Positions 11,900-23,390 of a DNA stretch of 64,000 bases are shown one piece after another. Numbering within the stretch: the first letter of the stretch is position 1; the number at the start of each line of letters is the position of its first letter. Below the pieces are notes generated by a model. It searched no databases. It was not told where the DNA came from and saw only the letters and a program-made list of their open reading frames with translations. The stretch is taken from NCBI RefSeq assembly GCF_937941905.1, contig NZ_CALDGS010000063.1, positions 6,268 through 70,267 of the forward strand, given 5' to 3'. The DNA is from an uncultured Mycolicibacterium sp. (GTDB lineage: Bacteria > Actinomycetota > Actinomycetes > Mycobacteriales > Mycobacteriaceae). A program made the translations under genes and the position numbers.

Positions 11900-11947
11900 G
11901 ATGATGATCATTCGATAGTGTTGAAATATGAGCGAAGGATCATCATC
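11900..11947. promoter_or_regulatory. candidate AldR operator: 10-bp inverted repeat containing two GA-N2-ATC-N2-TC matches
   Basis: GATGATGATC (11900-11909) and its exact reverse complement GATCATCATC (11938-11947). The recalled AldR consensus is matched at 11903-11913 (+) and 11934-11944 (-). The site lies in an AT-rich ald/aldR divergent region. Confidence 0.55.
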
Positions 11948-12440
11948 GACACCGGCCGGTCGAACCGCCGGGCCGAAGGATGTTCGGCCGGTGCTCGACG
12001 AGGTCGACCGCCGGATCCTGCTGCTGCTGCACCGCGACGCCCGGATGCCCAACAGCGCGCTGGCCGAGGCGGTGGGCATCGCGCCGTCGACCTGCCACGG
12101 CCGGGTGCGGCGGCTGCAGGAACTCGGGGTGATCCGCGGTTTCCACGCCGACATCGACCCGGCCGCGGTGGGACTGCCGCTGCAGGCCATGATCTCGGTC
12201 AGCCTGCAGTCCAACGCGCGCGGCAAGATCCGGCACTTCATCCAGAACATCCGGCGGCACCCGCAGGTGATGGACGTCTACTTCCTGGCCGGCGCCGACG
12301 ATTTCATCCTGCACGTGGCCTGCCGCGACACCGAGGACCTGCGCTCGTTCGTGGTGGAGCACCTCAACTCCGACGCCGACGTGGCCGGCACCCAGACCTC
12401 GCTCATCTTCGAGCATCTGCGCGGCGCCTCACCGCTGTGA
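11928..12440 (+). CDS. aldR: Lrp/AsnC family regulator AldR
   Basis: HTH (RRILLLLHRDARMPNSALAEAVGIAPST) plus a RAM domain. Divergent from ald, as for Rv2779c/AldR. Confidence 0.9.
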   Translation: MSEGSSSTPAGRTAGPKDVRPVLDEVDRRILLLLHRDARMPNSALAEAVGIAPSTCHGRVRRLQELGVIRGFHADIDPAAVGLPLQAMISVSLQSNARGKIRHFIQNIRRHPQVMDVYFLAGADDFILHVACRDTEDLRSFVVEHLNSDADVAGTQTSLIFEHLRGASPL

Positions 12441-13671
<1,231 letters not shown>

Positions 13672-13675
<4 letters not shown>

Positions 13676-14124
13676 AGCGGCTGCTCATCGTGCACCACAC
13701 CCCCTCGCCGCACTGCCAGGAGATGTTCGAGGCGGTGCTGGCCGGCGCCACCGACCCGGAGATCGAGGGGGTGGAGGTCGTGCGCCGGCCGGCGCTGACC
13801 GTCGGCCCGGCCGACATGCTCGCCGCCGACGGCTACCTGCTGGGCACCCCGGCCAACCTCGGCTACATGAGCGGGGCGCTCAAGCACGCCTTCGACGTCT
13901 GCTACTACCCGTGCCTGGACACCACCCGGGGCCGGCCCTTCGGGGTGTACCTGCACGGCAACGAGGGCACCGAGGGGGCCGAGCGCGCCATCGACGCGAT
14001 CACCGGCGGGCTGGGCTGGGTGCGCGCGGCGGCCACCGTCGTGGTGTCCGGCAAGCCGGGCAGGGCCGACCTGCAGGCCTGCTGGGAGCTCGGCGCCACG
14101 GTGGCCGCCCAGCTGATGGAGTGA
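13672..14124 (+). CDS. flavodoxin-fold / NAD(P)H-dependent oxidoreductase-like protein
   Basis: GTG 13672 overlaps the upstream stop (GTGA). KRLLIVHHTPS...GYLLGTPANLGYMSGALKHAFD fits the fold. Confidence 0.65.
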
Positions 14125-14129
14125 GACCG

Positions 14130-14753
14130 GTGGCGCGCACCGACGCCCGCCGCCGGATCCTGGCGCGGCGCATCCGCCTGCTCGTCGCGACGACGATCGC
14201 CTACAACGTCGTCGAGGCCGCGGTGGCGCTGATCGAGGGTGCCCGGGTGTCGTCGGCCGCGCTGACCGGGTTCGGGCTGGACTCGGTGATCGAGGTGTCC
14301 TCGGCCGCGGCGGTGGCGTGGCAGTTCGCCGGCCGCGACCCACAGGCCCGGGAGCGGGTGGCGCTGCGGGTCATCGCCGGTTCGTTCTTCGCCCTGGCCG
14401 CCTACGTCACCGTGGAGGCGGTCTCCGACCTCGTCCTTCCCTACCTGCGCGGCCACGGCGAGCCGGAGCCCTCGACGGTGGGGATTGTGCTCACCGCGGT
14501 GAGCCTCGTCGTCATGCCGGTGCTGTCGTACGCGCAGCGCCGCGCCGGGCGTGAACTCGGGTCGGCGTCGGCGGTGGCCGACGCCAAGCAGACGCTGCTG
14601 TGCACCTACCTGTCCGCGGCGGTGTTGGCCGGGCTGGCGCTCAACCACGCGTTCGGCTGGAGCTGGGCGGACTCGGTCGCGGCGCTGGTGCTGGCCGCCG
14701 TCGCGGTGCGCGAGGGGCTGGAAGCCTGGCGCGGCGAGGGCTGCTGCGAATAA
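14130..14753 (+). CDS. cation-efflux (CDF-like) membrane protein, membrane domain only
   Basis: GTG 14130. Multi-TM, with a pattern like the CDF transmembrane domain (ALTGFGLDSVIEV..., ADAKQTLLCTYLS). The functional call is tentative. Confidence 0.6.
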   Translation: MARTDARRRILARRIRLLVATTIAYNVVEAAVALIEGARVSSAALTGFGLDSVIEVSSAAAVAWQFAGRDPQARERVALRVIAGSFFALAAYVTVEAVSDLVLPYLRGHGEPEPSTVGIVLTAVSLVVMPVLSYAQRRAGRELGSASAVADAKQTLLCTYLSAAVLAGLALNHAFGWSWADSVAALVLAAVAVREGLEAWRGEGCCE

Positions 14754-14774
14754 CGTCCTGCCCGACCCACCCTG

Positions 14775-14835
14775 CGCGAGCAGACGCGCACCCCCTGATT
14801 CCGCGCCGGAGCGGGGGAGTGCGCCTCTGCTCGCG
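14775..14835 (+). terminator. long imperfect hairpin after the CDF-like gene
   Basis: CGCGAGCAGACGCGCACCCCC - 17 nt - GGGGGAGTGCGCCTCTGCTCGCG, giving about 20 bp of pairing with one mismatch and one bulge. No U-tract. Confidence 0.4.
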
Positions 14836-14874
14836 GGAAGCGGGCGGACGAACGGACGGAGAGGACACACGCCT

Positions 14875-15348
14875 ATGCCCGGCATCGCCGAGTTCGCGCT
14901 GGGGGCCGCGCCGGTGGCCGGCGGGGCCCTGTTGGGGATCATCGCCGGCAACCTGAAGGGCCCCGACTTCCGCGGCATGATCCAGGCCGATCTCGACCTG
15001 CTGGACCGCATCCCGGCGGAGGACGTCGAGCGCCGGGAACGGTTGCAGGCCAGCATCAACCGCCGCATCGACGACCTCATCGAGGCCGGCGAGCGCACCC
15101 GCCGGCTGCGCGAGGCCGCGCTGAGCTACGGCGGCAGCTGGCGCGACCTGGTGGTGTTCGTGTGCGCGGTGCTGTTCTGCGTGGTGTGGTTCCACCTCGA
15201 CCACGACCGCGACAACTGGCTGCCGGTGTTCGTCGTGCTCGTCGCGCTCACCGTGCTGGCCGGGCTGTACGCGCTGCGCGGGATCGTGCGGGCGGTGCGC
15301 ACGGTGCTGCGGCGCGGCGACCACCCCGGCGCCGGCGGCCGACGCTAG
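14875..15348 (+). CDS. hypothetical membrane protein
   Basis: ATG 14875 with a GGAGAGGA SD. It has an N-terminal hydrophobic segment, a charged helical middle and two C-terminal TM helices. No family recognised. Confidence 0.6.
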   Translation: MPGIAEFALGAAPVAGGALLGIIAGNLKGPDFRGMIQADLDLLDRIPAEDVERRERLQASINRRIDDLIEAGERTRRLREAALSYGGSWRDLVVFVCAVLFCVVWFHLDHDRDNWLPVFVVLVALTVLAGLYALRGIVRAVRTVLRRGDHPGAGGRR

Positions 15349-16079
15349 AGCGTGTCGGCCAGCAGCCCGCGCAGCGCCGCCCAGTGCCGCTCGGCGGCCG
15401 CCTCGTCGTAGGGCAGGTTGTCCGGGACGGCGTAGCCGTGCTCGGCCGGGTAGATCTCGACGGTGTGGGGCACCCCGGCCGCGGTCAGCGCCCGCTCCAG
15501 CGTGGCGGCCTGCTCCGGGGTGAAGGCCCGGTCGTTGGTCGCGCCGCCCACGTAGACGGTCGCGGTGATGTCGCCGGCGAGCCGGTGCGGGCTGCTCGGC
15601 TCGTCGGTGACCAGCCCGCCGGTGTGGAACGCGCCGACCGCGGCCACCCGCTGCGGCAGCCGGGCGGCCACGATGAACGAGATCCGCCCGCCCATGCAGT
15701 AGCCGCACACCCCGAACCGGTCCCCCCGCACCTCCGGGCGGCCGGCCAGGAAGTCGAAGAACGCCCGCGCGTCGGTGGCCATCATGTCGGGCGTGATGCC
15801 GGCGATCATCGCGAAGATGCGCCTGCGCTCGGCCTCGTGGCCGAACACCGTGCGCATGTCGAACGGCGCCCAGTCGCCGTGCCGGTAGTAGACGTCGGGC
15901 AGCAGTACCGCGTACCCGTAGCCGGCCAGCCGGTCGGCCATCGCCCGGAAGGTGTCGCGCACCCCGCCGGCGTCGACGTACATCACCACCCCGGGCCAGG
16001 GGCCGTCGCCGTCGGGGGTGTGCAGGGTCACCGGGCAGTCGCCGTCCGGCGTGGTCACCGTGGTCGATATCGGGGGCAT
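15345..16079 (-). CDS. dienelactone hydrolase family protein (Rv2765-like)
   Basis: ORF trimmed to MPPISTT (ATG 16079). Nucleophile elbow GYCMGG. Sits beside thyA as in M. tuberculosis. Confidence 0.85.
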   Translation of the reverse strand: MPPISTTVTTPDGDCPVTLHTPDGDGPWPGVVMYVDAGGVRDTFRAMADRLAGYGYAVLLPDVYYRHGDWAPFDMRTVFGHEAERRRIFAMIAGITPDMMATDARAFFDFLAGRPEVRGDRFGVCGYCMGGRISFIVAARLPQRVAAVGAFHTGGLVTDEPSSPHRLAGDITATVYVGGATNDRAFTPEQAATLERALTAAGVPHTVEIYPAEHGYAVPDNLPYDEAAAERHWAALRGLLADTL

Positions 16080-16110
16080 GGTCTCGTTTCTAGTCGATAG
16101 GCTGAGCGGC

Positions 16111-16911
16111 GTGGCGATCCCGACCCCGTATGAGGACTTGTTGCGGCTGGTGCTCGAGCGGGGCACCCCGAAGCCGGACCGCACCGGCACCGGTACCCGC
16201 AGCCTGTTCGGCCACCAGATGCGCTACGACCTGTCGGCCGGGTTCCCGCTCATCACCACCAAGCGGGTGCACGTCAAGTCGGTGATCTACGAGCTGCTGT
16301 GGTTCCTGCGCGGCGAGTCCAACGTGCGCTGGCTGCAGCAGCACGGCGTCACCATCTGGGACGAATGGGCAAGCGAGGACGGCGATCTCGGGCCCGTCTA
16401 CGGGGTGCAGTGGCGGTCCTGGCCGACCCCCACCGGCGAGCACATCGACCAGATCAGCAACGCGCTGCACCTGCTGCGCACCGACCCGGACTCGCGGCGC
16501 ATCGTCGTGTCGGCCTGGAACGTCGCCGACCTGGACCGGATGGCGCTGCCGCCCTGTCACGCGTTCTTCCAGTTCTACGTCGCCGACGGCCGGCTGTCCT
16601 GCCAGCTCTACCAGCGCAGCGCGGACCTGTTCCTCGGCGTGCCGTTCAACATCGCCAGCTACGCGCTGCTGACCCACATGATGGCCGCCCAGGCCGGCCT
16701 CGACGTCGGCGAGTTCATCTGGACCGGCGGGGACTGCCACATCTACGACAACCACATCGAGCAGGTGCGGCTGCAGCTGTCCCGCGAGCCCCGGCCCTAC
16801 CCGCAGCTGGTGCTCGCGCCGCGGGACTCCATCTTCGACTACACCTACGAGGACATCGAGATCCGCAACTACGACCCGCACCCGGCCATCAAGGCGCCGG
16901 TGGCGGTCTGA
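16111..16911 (+). CDS. thyA: thymidylate synthase ThyA
   Basis: [29 protein letters not shown]...[13 protein letters not shown]. Start GTG 16111 is chosen by alignment to mycobacterial ThyA; ATG 16078 is an alternative. Confidence 0.93.
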   Translation: MAIPTPYEDLLRLVLERGTPKPDRTGTGTRSLFGHQMRYDLSAGFPLITTKRVHVKSVIYELLWFLRGESNVRWLQQHGVTIWDEWASEDGDLGPVYGVQWRSWPTPTGEHIDQISNALHLLRTDPDSRRIVVSAWNVADLDRMALPPCHAFFQFYVADGRLSCQLYQRSADLFLGVPFNIASYALLTHMMAAQAGLDVGEFIWTGGDCHIYDNHIEQVRLQLSREPRPYPQLVLAPRDSIFDYTYEDIEIRNYDPHPAIKAPVAV

Positions 16912-16913
16912 GC

Positions 16914-17396
16914 ATGGTCGGGTTGATCTGGGCCCAGTCGAGCTCCGGGGTGATCGGCCGCGGCGGCACGCTGCCCTGGCACCTGCCCGAGGATCTGGCC
17001 CACTTCAAGGAGATCACCCACGGTCACACCGTGGTGATGGGCCGGCGCACCTGGGAGTCGCTGCCCGAGCGCAACCGGCCGCTGCCCGGCCGGCGCAACA
17101 TCGTGCTGAGCCGGGCGCCCGGCTACGCCGCGCCCGGTGCGGAGGTGGTCGCCGACCTCGACGCCGCGCTGGCCGCCGAGGAGGACATCTGGGTGATCGG
17201 CGGCGGCGAGGTCTACGCGCAGGCGCTGCCGCGCGCCACCCGCTGCGAGGTCACCGAGGTGGAGATCGACCTGCGCCGCGAGGAGGGCGACGCGCTCGCC
17301 CCGGTGCTCGACGAGTCCTGGGTCGGCACGGTCGGGCCGTGGCGGACCAGCCGCACCGGGCTGCGCTACCGCTACCACAGCTACCGGCGGGCATGA
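16914..17396 (+). CDS. dfrA: dihydrofolate reductase
   Basis: [51 protein letters not shown]. Starts 2 nt after the thyA stop. Confidence 0.95.
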   Translation: MVGLIWAQSSSGVIGRGGTLPWHLPEDLAHFKEITHGHTVVMGRRTWESLPERNRPLPGRRNIVLSRAPGYAAPGAEVVADLDAALAAEEDIWVIGGGEVYAQALPRATRCEVTEVEIDLRREEGDALAPVLDESWVGTVGPWRTSRTGLRYRYHSYRRA

Positions 17397-18595
17397 GGCT
17401 CGGCCGGGCCCAGGCACGCCGGATCGCCGTGGCCGCCCAGGGCTTCGGCCGGCCCCGCCCGCGCGGCCCGGTCACCCGGGCGCACCTGCGCACCCTGATC
17501 GGCCGCATCCAGGTGCTGCAGCTGGACTCGGTGTCGGTGACCGTGCGCGCCCACTACGCCCCGGTGTTCAGCCGGCTCGGCCCCTACGACCGCGGGCTGC
17601 TGGACCGGGCCGCCTGGAGCCACTCGGCGCGTGCCCCGCGGCTGCTCGTCGAGTACTGGGCGCACGAGGCCGCGCTGATGTCCGTCGACGACTGGCCGCT
17701 GCTGCGCTGGCGGATGCGCGAGTACCGCCACGGCCGGTGGGGCCGGGAGATCGTGCGGGCCAACCCCGGCCTGGCCGACGCGGTCGTCGCCGCCGTCGCC
17801 GAGCTCGGGCCCGCCACCGCCGGGCAGATCGAGGAGTATCTCGGGGTGCGCACCGCCCGGCGCAAGGGGGCGTGGTGGGACCGCACCGACACCAAGTGGG
17901 TGACCGAGGCGCTGTTCGCCGCCGGGGTGCTCACCGTGGCCGGCCGGGTCGGCTTCGCCCGCCACTACGACCTCACCGAACGGGTGCTGCCGGCCGCGGT
18001 GGTGCAGCGGCGGGTCGACGACGCCGAAGCGGTCCGCGAACTCGTCCGGCGCGCCGCCGGCGCGCTCGGCGTGGCCACCGAGGCCGACCTGCGCGACTAC
18101 TTCCGGATGACACCGGCCCAGGTGCGCCCGGCGATCGCCGACCTGGTCGCGGCCGGTGAGCTCGAGCCGGTCGAGGTCGACGGCTGGACCGCTCCGGCCT
18201 ATCTGCGCGCCGGCACCCCGGTCCCGCGCCGCGACCGCGGCACCGCGCTGCTGTGCCCGTTCGACCCGCTGATCTTCTTCCGGCCGCGGGTGCAGCGGTT
18301 GTTCGGCTTCGACTACCGGCTGGAGATCTACACCCCGGCGGCCAGGCGCCGGTGGGGCTACTACGTCTGGCCGCTGCTGGCCGACGGCGAGCTCGTCGGC
18401 CGGGTCGACCTGAAGCGCACCGAACGCGCCCTGCACGTCGTCGGCGCGTTCGCCGAACCGGACCGCGACCCGCGCCGGGTGGCGGCGGTGCTGGCCGGCG
18501 AGTTGCGCTCGATGGCGGACTGGCTCGGCCTGGCCGACGTCACGGTGGGGGAGCGCGGCGACCTGGTCGCGCCGCCGCGGCGGGCGCTGGGCTGA
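17393..18595 (+). CDS. winged-helix DNA-binding protein, YcaQ/AlkZ-like (putative DNA glycosylase)
   Basis: ATG 17393 overlaps the dfrA stop (ATGA). 400 aa with a DUF1006-like pattern ([26 protein letters not shown]). Confidence 0.75.
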   Translation: MRLGRAQARRIAVAAQGFGRPRPRGPVTRAHLRTLIGRIQVLQLDSVSVTVRAHYAPVFSRLGPYDRGLLDRAAWSHSARAPRLLVEYWAHEAALMSVDDWPLLRWRMREYRHGRWGREIVRANPGLADAVVAAVAELGPATAGQIEEYLGVRTARRKGAWWDRTDTKWVTEALFAAGVLTVAGRVGFARHYDLTERVLPAAVVQRRVDDAEAVRELVRRAAGALGVATEADLRDYFRMTPAQVRPAIADLVAAGELEPVEVDGWTAPAYLRAGTPVPRRDRGTALLCPFDPLIFFRPRVQRLFGFDYRLEIYTPAARRRWGYYVWPLLADGELVGRVDLKRTERALHVVGAFAEPDRDPRRVAAVLAGELRSMADWLGLADVTVGERGDLVAPPRRALG

Positions 18596-18608
18596 GCCGC
18601 GCGAGTGT

Positions 18609-18622
18609 GCGTCCCGGGACGC
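18609..18622 (+). terminator. perfect 14-nt palindrome after the AlkZ-like gene
   Basis: GCGTCCCGGGACGC lies 14 nt after the stop codon. It could be a short hairpin or a protein-binding site. Confidence 0.3.
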
Positions 18623-18700
18623 CCGCACGGCGTGTCGGGGACGAAACCGCACTGTCGTGGCGGCGCGCCCGCCGCCGAGCCCGCCCGATAGGGTGTGCCC

Positions 18701-19453
18701 GTGGCCGAGATCGCGCCGCTTCGCGTACAGCTGATCGCCCGGACCGAGTTCATCCCGCCGCCGGACGTGCCGTGGCACACCGACGCCGACGGCGGCGAGG
18801 CGCTCACCGAGTTCGCCGGGCGCGCCTGCTACCAGAGCTGGGACAAGCCGAACCCGCGCACCGCGACCAACGCCGCCTACCTGCGCCACATCATCGACGT
18901 CGGGCACTTCTCGGTGCTCGAGCACGCCTCGGTCAGCTTCTACATCACCGGGCTGTCCCGCGGCTGCACCCACGAGCTGATCCGGCACCGGCACTTCTCC
19001 TACTCGCAGCTCTCGCAGCGGTTCGTGCCGGAACCGCAGGCGCAGGTGGTGGCCCCGCCCGGGCTGGAGGACGACCCGGAACTGGTGGCGCTGTTCACCG
19101 CGGCCGCCGACGCCAGCCGCAAGGCCTACGACGAGTTGCTGGCCCGGCTGGAGGCGCGCTTCGCCGACCAGCCCAACGCCGGGCTGCGCCGCAAGCGGGC
19201 CCGGCAGGCCGCCCGCGCGGTGCTGCCCGCCGCCACCGAGACCCGCATCGTGGTCACCGGCAACTACCGGGCCTGGCGGCACTTCATCGCCACCCGCGGC
19301 AGCGAGCAGGCCGACCTGGAGATCCGCCGGCTGGCCATCGAGTGCCTGCGCCAGCTCACCGCCGTCGCGCCCGGGGTCTTCGGCGATTTCGAGATCTCCA
19401 CGCTGGCAGACGGCACCGAGGTGGCCACCAGTCCACTGGCTACGGAGGCCTGA
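18701..19453 (+). CDS. thyX: FAD-dependent thymidylate synthase ThyX
   Basis: ThyX motif [13 protein letters not shown]. Start GTG 18701 is chosen by alignment with M. tuberculosis ThyX; the longest ORF starts at GTG 18695. Confidence 0.95.
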   Translation: MAEIAPLRVQLIARTEFIPPPDVPWHTDADGGEALTEFAGRACYQSWDKPNPRTATNAAYLRHIIDVGHFSVLEHASVSFYITGLSRGCTHELIRHRHFSYSQLSQRFVPEPQAQVVAPPGLEDDPELVALFTAAADASRKAYDELLARLEARFADQPNAGLRRKRARQAARAVLPAATETRIVVTGNYRAWRHFIATRGSEQADLEIRRLAIECLRQLTAVAPGVFGDFEISTLADGTEVATSPLATEA

Positions 19454-19472
19454 GCGGCAGCGGGTAATCTAG

Positions 19473-20381
<909 letters not shown>

Positions 20382-22076
20382 ATGACGATCCCGGAACCTC
20401 CCACCGAACTCGGGCCGCCCGGCCCGCTGCAGCCCGGTGGGCTGCGGGTCACCGCGCTGGGCGGCATCAACGAGATCGGCCGCAACATGACGGTGTTCGA
20501 GCACCGCGGCCGGCTGCTCGTCATCGACTGCGGGGTGCTGTTCCCCACCCACGACGAGCCCGGTGTCGACCTGATCCTGCCCGACCTGCGGCTCATCGAG
20601 GACCGGCTCGACGACGTCGAGGCGCTGCTGCTCACCCACGGCCACGAGGACCACATCGGGGCGGTGCCGTTCCTGCTCAAGCTGCGTCCGGACATTCCGG
20701 TGGTGGGGTCGAAGTTCACCCTGGCGCTGGTGCTGGAGAAGTGCCGCGAGCACCGCATCAAGAACCCGGTGCTGGTGGAGGTGAGCGAGGGGCAGCGCAC
20801 CCGGCACGGGGTGTTCGAGGCCGAGTTCTTCGCCGTCAACCACTCCATCCCCGGCTGTCTGGCCATCGCGCTGCACACCGAGGCCGGCACCGTGCTGCAC
20901 ACCGGCGACATCAAGCTCGACCAGCTGCCGCTGGACCGCCGGCCCACCGACCTGCCCGGCATGTCCCGGCTCGGCGACCGCGGCGTGGACCTGTTCCTGT
21001 GCGACTCCACCAACGCCGAGCTGCCCGGCGTCGGTCCGTCGGAGAGCGAGGTCGGCCCCACCCTGCACCGGCTCATCCGGGGCGCGGAGGGCCGGGTCAT
21101 CGTGGCCTGCTTCGCCTCCAACGTCGACCGGGTGCAGCAGATCATCGACGCCGCGGTGTCGCTGGGCCGGCGGGTGGCGTTCGTCGGCCGCTCGATGGTG
21201 CGCAACATGGGCATCGCCCGCGACCTGGGCTACCTGCGCGTCGAGGACAAGGACCTGCTCGACATCGCCGCCGCGGAGATGATGCCGCCGGAGCAGGTGG
21301 TGCTCATCACCACCGGCACGCAGGGCGAGCCGATGTCGGCGCTGTCGCGGATGTCGCGCGGCGAGCACCGCAGCATCACGCTCACCTCCGGCGACCTGAT
21401 CATCCTGAGCTCCTCGCTGATCCCGGGCAACGAGGAGGCCGTCTACGGGGTGATCGACGCGCTGAGCAAGATCGGCGCCCGGGTGGTGACCAACCGGCAG
21501 GCCCGGGTGCACGTCTCCGGGCACGCCCACGCCGGCGAGTTGCTGTTCCTCTACAACGGGGTGCGGCCGCGCAACGTGATGCCGGTGCACGGCACCTGGC
21601 GCATGCTGCGGGCCAACGCCGCGCTGGCCGCGAGCACCGGGGTGGACCCGGACCGGATCATGCTCGCCGAGAACGGGGTGAGCGTCGACCTGGTGGACGG
21701 CCGGGCCCGCATCGCCGGCGCGGTGCCGGTGGGCAAGATGTTCGTCGACGGGCTGATCACCGGCGACGTCGGCGAGTCCACCCTGGGCGAGCGGCTCATC
21801 CTCACCTCGGGCTTCGTCGCCGTGACGGTCGTGGTGCGGCGCGGCACCGGCCGCCCGGCCGGCCCGCCGGTGCTGTTCTCCCGCGGTTTCTCCGAGGACC
21901 CCAAGGCGCTCGAGCCGGCCGCCCGCAAGGTGCAGGCCGAGCTGGAGAAGCTGGTCGCCGACCGGGTCACCGACCCGTCCCGCATCGCCCAGGCGGTGCG
22001 CCGCACCGTCGGCAAATGGGTGGGGGAGACCTACCGGCGCCAGCCGATGATCGTCCCGACCGTGATCGAGATCTGA
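20382..22076 (+). CDS. rnj: ribonuclease J
   Basis: HGHEDH metallo-beta-lactamase motif, beta-CASP domain and C-terminal domain. Begins at the codon after the dapA stop. Confidence 0.95.
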   Translation: MTIPEPPTELGPPGPLQPGGLRVTALGGINEIGRNMTVFEHRGRLLVIDCGVLFPTHDEPGVDLILPDLRLIEDRLDDVEALLLTHGHEDHIGAVPFLLKLRPDIPVVGSKFTLALVLEKCREHRIKNPVLVEVSEGQRTRHGVFEAEFFAVNHSIPGCLAIALHTEAGTVLHTGDIKLDQLPLDRRPTDLPGMSRLGDRGVDLFLCDSTNAELPGVGPSESEVGPTLHRLIRGAEGRVIVACFASNVDRVQQIIDAAVSLGRRVAFVGRSMVRNMGIARDLGYLRVEDKDLLDIAAAEMMPPEQVVLITTGTQGEPMSALSRMSRGEHRSITLTSGDLIILSSSLIPGNEEAVYGVIDALSKIGARVVTNRQARVHVSGHAHAGELLFLYNGVRPRNVMPVHGTWRMLRANAALAASTGVDPDRIMLAENGVSVDLVDGRARIAGAVPVGKMFVDGLITGDVGESTLGERLILTSGFVAVTVVVRRGTGRPAGPPVLFSRGFSEDPKALEPAARKVQAELEKLVADRVTDPSRIAQAVRRTVGKWVGETYRRQPMIVPTVIEI

Positions 22077-22080
22077 CGGG

Positions 22081-22899
22081 TCAGCGGCGCACCACCGAGC
22101 CGGCGTCCACCGGCAGCGCCACCCCGGTGATGTAGCGGGCCGCGTCGGAGACCAGCCAGGCCACCGCCTCGGCGACGTCCTCCGGCTCGATGGCGTCCAC
22201 GTCGAGCAGGTTGCCGGAGTCGGCGGGCCGCTCGGTGTCGGCGAACACCCGCTCCAGGAACGCCCGGGTGAAGTCGTTGTCGATCATCGGGGTGTGCACC
22301 CCGGTGGGGTGGACCGAGTTCACCCGGATGTTGTGGCGGGCCAGCAGGTTCGCGTACTGGCGCATCAGCCCGACGATGCCGTGTTTGGCCGCGGTGTAGC
22401 CGAGCGCACCCGGGTCGGCCCCGCCCATGCCGACCAGTCCGGCCACCGAGCTGATCAGCACCACGGAGCCGCCGTCGCCGTGGGCGAGCAGGTGCGGCAG
22501 GGCGGCCTCCACGGTGTGGTGCACGCCGGTGAGGTTGACGTCGATGACGTCGCGCCAGGCCTGCGGGCCGCCGGCCAGCGGGGCGATCCCGGCGTTGGCC
22601 ACCACGATGTCGAGCCGGCCCAGCTCGTCGACGCCGGCCGCCACCGCGCGGCGCAGCGCATCCAGGTCGCGCACGTCGGCCCGCTCGGCGACGATGCGGG
22701 CGCCGGTCGCCTCGACCAGTCGCACCGTGGTGGCCAGGTCCTCCGGGCTCGCCAGTGGGTAGGGCACCGACTCGATCTGTTCGCACACGTCGACGGCGAT
22801 GATCGCCGCGCCGTCGGCGGCCAGCCGCAGCGCGTGCGCGCGGCCCTGGCCGCGCGCCGCGCCGGTGATGAGGGCGACCCGGCCCGCCGGCCCTGCCAC
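22081..22899 (-). CDS. SDR family oxidoreductase (carveol dehydrogenase / mycofactocin-coupled-like, Rv2750-like)
   Basis: GTG start. [10 protein letters not shown] cofactor motif and YTAAKHG catalytic YxxxK. Confidence 0.88.
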   Translation of the reverse strand: MAGPAGRVALITGAARGQGRAHALRLAADGAAIIAVDVCEQIESVPYPLASPEDLATTVRLVEATGARIVAERADVRDLDALRRAVAAGVDELGRLDIVVANAGIAPLAGGPQAWRDVIDVNLTGVHHTVEAALPHLLAHGDGGSVVLISSVAGLVGMGGADPGALGYTAAKHGIVGLMRQYANLLARHNIRVNSVHPTGVHTPMIDNDFTRAFLERVFADTERPADSGNLLDVDAIEPEDVAEAVAWLVSDAARYITGVALPVDAGSVVRR

Positions 22900-22900
22900 G

Positions 22901-23215
22901 TCAGCCCCGCAGCCGGCCCTTGGCCGGGTCGCCGGCGGGCAGCGGCTGCAGCAGCTTCATGTCCGGCGCGCCGTCGAGGTGCTCGCCGACCGCGCCGAAC
23001 AGCTTGCCGATGGCCGGGGCGGTGCCGTGGGCGCGCAGCGCCTCCTCGTCGGCCCACTGCTCGACGAACACGAAGGTGCGGTCGCTCTGGTGCAGCGCGT
23101 ACAGCTCGCAGCCCGGCTCGGCGTGCACGGCCTCGACCGCCTCGAGGCAGGCCTGGCGGACCAACTCGACCGACTCCGGCTTGGCGGTCATGGTTGCGAC
23201 AACGACGACGGGCAT
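22901..23215 (-). CDS. antibiotic-biosynthesis-monooxygenase (ABM) domain protein (Rv2749-like)
   Basis: ORF trimmed to [15 protein letters not shown] with an AAGGAG SD. Its stop is 1 nt from the SDR start, so the two are likely an operon. Confidence 0.8.
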   Translation of the reverse strand: MPVVVVATMTAKPESVELVRQACLEAVEAVHAEPGCELYALHQSDRTFVFVEQWADEEALRAHGTAPAIGKLFGAVGEHLDGAPDMKLLQPLPAGDPAKGRLRG

Positions 23216-23390
23216 CGGCACCGCTCTCCTTACGTGCACAGGGGTTTGGACGACTGCTCAACCTTACTGGGGTCGCTGTTGCGCCGGTCACAGCCCACCC
23301 CGGGTCGCGATCCGGTGACGGGACGGACACGGCGCTGTTACCTGTGTTGCGGATGTTGTTTGTGGGGCATCTGCGACTAGGCTTGGCACC

